This document shows, in pieces, positions 62,398-64,000 of a DNA stretch of 64,000 nt. Position 1 is the first letter of the stretch, and each line of letters starts with the position of its first letter. The notes under the pieces were generated by a model that ran no database searches, had not been told where the DNA came from, and saw only the letters and a program-made list of their open reading frames with translations. Both the position numbers and the translations under genes were made by a program. Source of the DNA: Methanobacteriota archaeon (GTDB lineage Archaea > Thermoplasmatota > Thermoplasmata > Methanomassiliicoccales > UBA472); the NCBI GenBank assembly GCA_021372315.1, contig JAJFUT010000065.1, positions 1,508-65,507 on the forward strand, written 5' to 3'.

Positions 62398-64000
62398 CTA
62401 GTCTGCCAGACCGTACTTCCTCTTGACGGCCGCCTTGACCAGGTTCAGATGCAGGGGCGAAGGCTTGTTCGGTCTCGATTTGAACTCCGGGTGGAACTGC
62501 GAGGCCACATAGAAAGGATGACCGTCCAGCTCAGCGATCTCCATCTTCACTCCATCAGCTGAACGTCCGGTGAAATGCCATCCCGCCTTTTCGAAGTCCT
62601 CTATGTACTTCGGATTGACCTCGTACCTGTGCCTATGCCTTTCCATGATCAGAGCGGAGTTGTACATCTTGAAGGCCTTCGACCCCTCGGTCAAGACGAC
62701 TGGCTGGGCCCCCAATCGCATGGTCGCCCCCATCTTCGTGACGTTCTTCTGCTCCGGCAGCAGGTCCACGACCGGATGCTTCGTCTTCTGATCGAACTCG
62801 GTGCTGTTGGCGTCCGTCATCGCCAGCATGTTCCTTGCGAACTCGATCGTTGCGATCTGGAAACCGAGGCAGACCCCGAGGAACGGAACATTGTTGAGCC
62901 TTGCATAGTTCGCGGTCATGATCTTGCCTTCGATCCCGCGAGTTCCAAATCCGCCTGGAATCAGTATGGCATCCGCTTTCTTCAGGTCGTCGGTCGGTCC
63001 GAACTGCTGGACGACCTCCGAATCGACGAAGATGACATCGACCTTCGTTCCAGCCTCAGCGCCAGCATGATGGAACGCCTCCATGTGGCTGATGTACGAA
63101 TCCCCGAGATGAGTGTACTTCCCGACGAGCGCGATCTTGACGGTCTTGCTCGGGTTGATTATCCTGTTGGCGAAGTCGCGCCACTCGGCCAGGTCCGGCC
63201 CCTTTGCGTTAAGCTTGAACCTGTCGATGATGTAGTCCGTGATCCCCTGGTCGTTCAGGATCATCGGCACCTCGTAGATAGACCTGGCGTCTGGACATGA
63301 GATCACTGCCTCGACCGGGACGTCGCAGAAAAGCGATATCTTCTTCTTGATCGACTCCTCCAGAGGCTCCTTCGCCCTGGCAACGATGATGTCAGGCTGT
63401 ATGCCTATGGACCTGAGCTCCTTGACAGAGTGCTGCGTCGGCTTCGTCTTCTGCTCGCCGACCGTGCCCATGATCGGCACCAGGGTCGTATGGACGAACA
63501 GACAGTCCTGCCCCTTTCCCATCTCGGAGTTCATCTGCCTGACGGCCTCGAGGAACGGCATCGATTCGATGTCTCCAACGGTGCCGCCCAGCTCGACTAT
63601 GCAAACCTCGGCCCCCGTGGCCTCGGCGACGTTCATGATATGGGTTTTGATCTCGTTCGTTATATGAGGGATGATCTGGACGGTCTTTCCGAGATACTCG
63701 CCCAACCTCTCCTTCTCAATGACCGAACGATAGACCTTGCCGGTCGTTATGTTATGATTGCTGGTGAGGCTGATGTCTAAGAACCTCTCATAGTTGCCGA
63801 GGTCCAGGTCCGCTTCGCCTCCATCATCGAGGACGAAGACCTCGCCGTGCTCGATCGGGTTCATGGTCCCGGCGTCTATGTTCAGGTATGGGTCGATCTT
63901 GATCGCGGTGACCTTGATCCCCCTTGACTTGAGCAGGCGCCCGATAGAGGAACTAGTGATCCCCTTACCGAGGCCAGATATGACTCCACCCGTGACAAAA
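62398..64000 (-). CDS. pyrG: CTP synthase (partial: the first few N-terminal codons lie beyond the right edge)
   Basis: The reading frame is open to the window end (..[17 protein letters not shown]..). Glutamine amidotransferase domain with GVCLGFQ. The ORF track shows only the part from an internal Met at 63864. Confidence 0.95.
   Translation of the reverse strand, partial: FVTGGVISGLGKGITSSSIGRLLKSRGIKVTAIKIDPYLNIDAGTMNPIEHGEVFVLDDGGEADLDLGNYERFLDISLTSNHNITTGKVYRSVIEKERLGEYLGKTVQIIPHITNEIKTHIMNVAEATGAEVCIVELGGTVGDIESMPFLEAVRQMNSEMGKGQDCLFVHTTLVPIMGTVGEQKTKPTQHSVKELRSIGIQPDIIVARAKEPLEESIKKKISLFCDVPVEAVISCPDARSIYEVPMILNDQGITDYIIDRFKLNAKGPDLAEWRDFANRIINPSKTVKIALVGKYTHLGDSYISHMEAFHHAGAEAGTKVDVIFVDSEVVQQFGPTDDLKKADAILIPGGFGTRGIEGKIMTANYARLNNVPFLGVCLGFQIATIEFARNMLAMTDANSTEFDQKTKHPVVDLLPEQKNVTKMGATMRLGAQPVVLTEGSKAFKMYNSALIMERHRHRYEVNPKYIEDFEKAGWHFTGRSADGVKMEIAELDGHPFYVASQFHPEFKSRPNKPSPLHLNLVKAAVKRKYGLAD

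Noticed and set aside
1-64000. Search for tRNA, rRNA, CRISPR arrays, transposases/IS elements, integrases and toxin-antitoxin pairs
   Set aside because: - No intergenic gap contains tRNA-like acceptor/T-arm sequences or regularly spaced direct repeats.
- No ORF shows transposase or integrase (DDE, tyrosine recombinase) motifs.
- The window looks like stable core chromosome.

Overview
High-GC archaeal chromosome segment, densely coding, with about 80 genes that are mostly housekeeping. Gene content and order point to a euryarchaeon of the Thermoplasmata / Methanomassiliicoccales type; this placement is an inference from gene content, not a database match. Read left to right, the window holds the following.

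- **1.2-4.2 kb:** a purine-salvage cluster (adenine deaminase plus two phosphoribosyltransferases).
- **4.2-5.9 kb:** an ABC-2 exporter pair.
- **6.0-8.0 kb:** a TctA-like membrane protein pair.
- **8.0-12.3 kb:** an unusual operon of a motif-degenerate family-B DNA polymerase, an 86-aa ORF and a P-loop-less RadB-like protein, divergent from a small beta-CASP nuclease.
- **12.3-28.0 kb, minus strand:** the complete archaeal ribosomal-protein superoperon, rpl3 through rpl15, then secY, a DUF106 insertase, cmk and cbf5.
- **28.6-37.2 kb:** a radical-SAM gene, an NADH oxidase, an aldehyde dehydrogenase, two geranylgeranyl-reductase paralogs with a membrane protein, and glnA.
- **37.6-39.7 kb:** tyrS and a DHH phosphoesterase.
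- **39.7-46.0 kb, minus strand:** the exosome/proteasome superoperon (pop5, psmA, SBDS, rrp4, rrp41, rrp42, rpl37ae, rpoP, pcc1, pfdB), preceded by ftsZ and a multi-zinc-finger protein.
- **47.3-53.3 kb:** an hdrA-mvhDGA operon with an atypically long, internally duplicated HdrA.
- **53.5-64.0 kb:** a second ABC-2 exporter, three calcineurin-type phosphoesterases, nnr, srp19, rps8e, a presenilin homolog, aIF2-beta and a partial pyrG.

No rRNA, tRNA, CRISPR array or mobile element was recognised. The long ORFs lying antisense to these genes are treated as high-GC shadow ORFs.

The most interesting candidates are:

- the PolB-like / RadB-like pseudo-enzyme operon;
- the double-core HdrA;
- the structured AT-rich regulatory regions upstream of hdrA, glnA and rpl3;
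- a PHD/RING-like zinc-finger protein next to ftsZ;
- an rpoP ORF with no canonical start codon.
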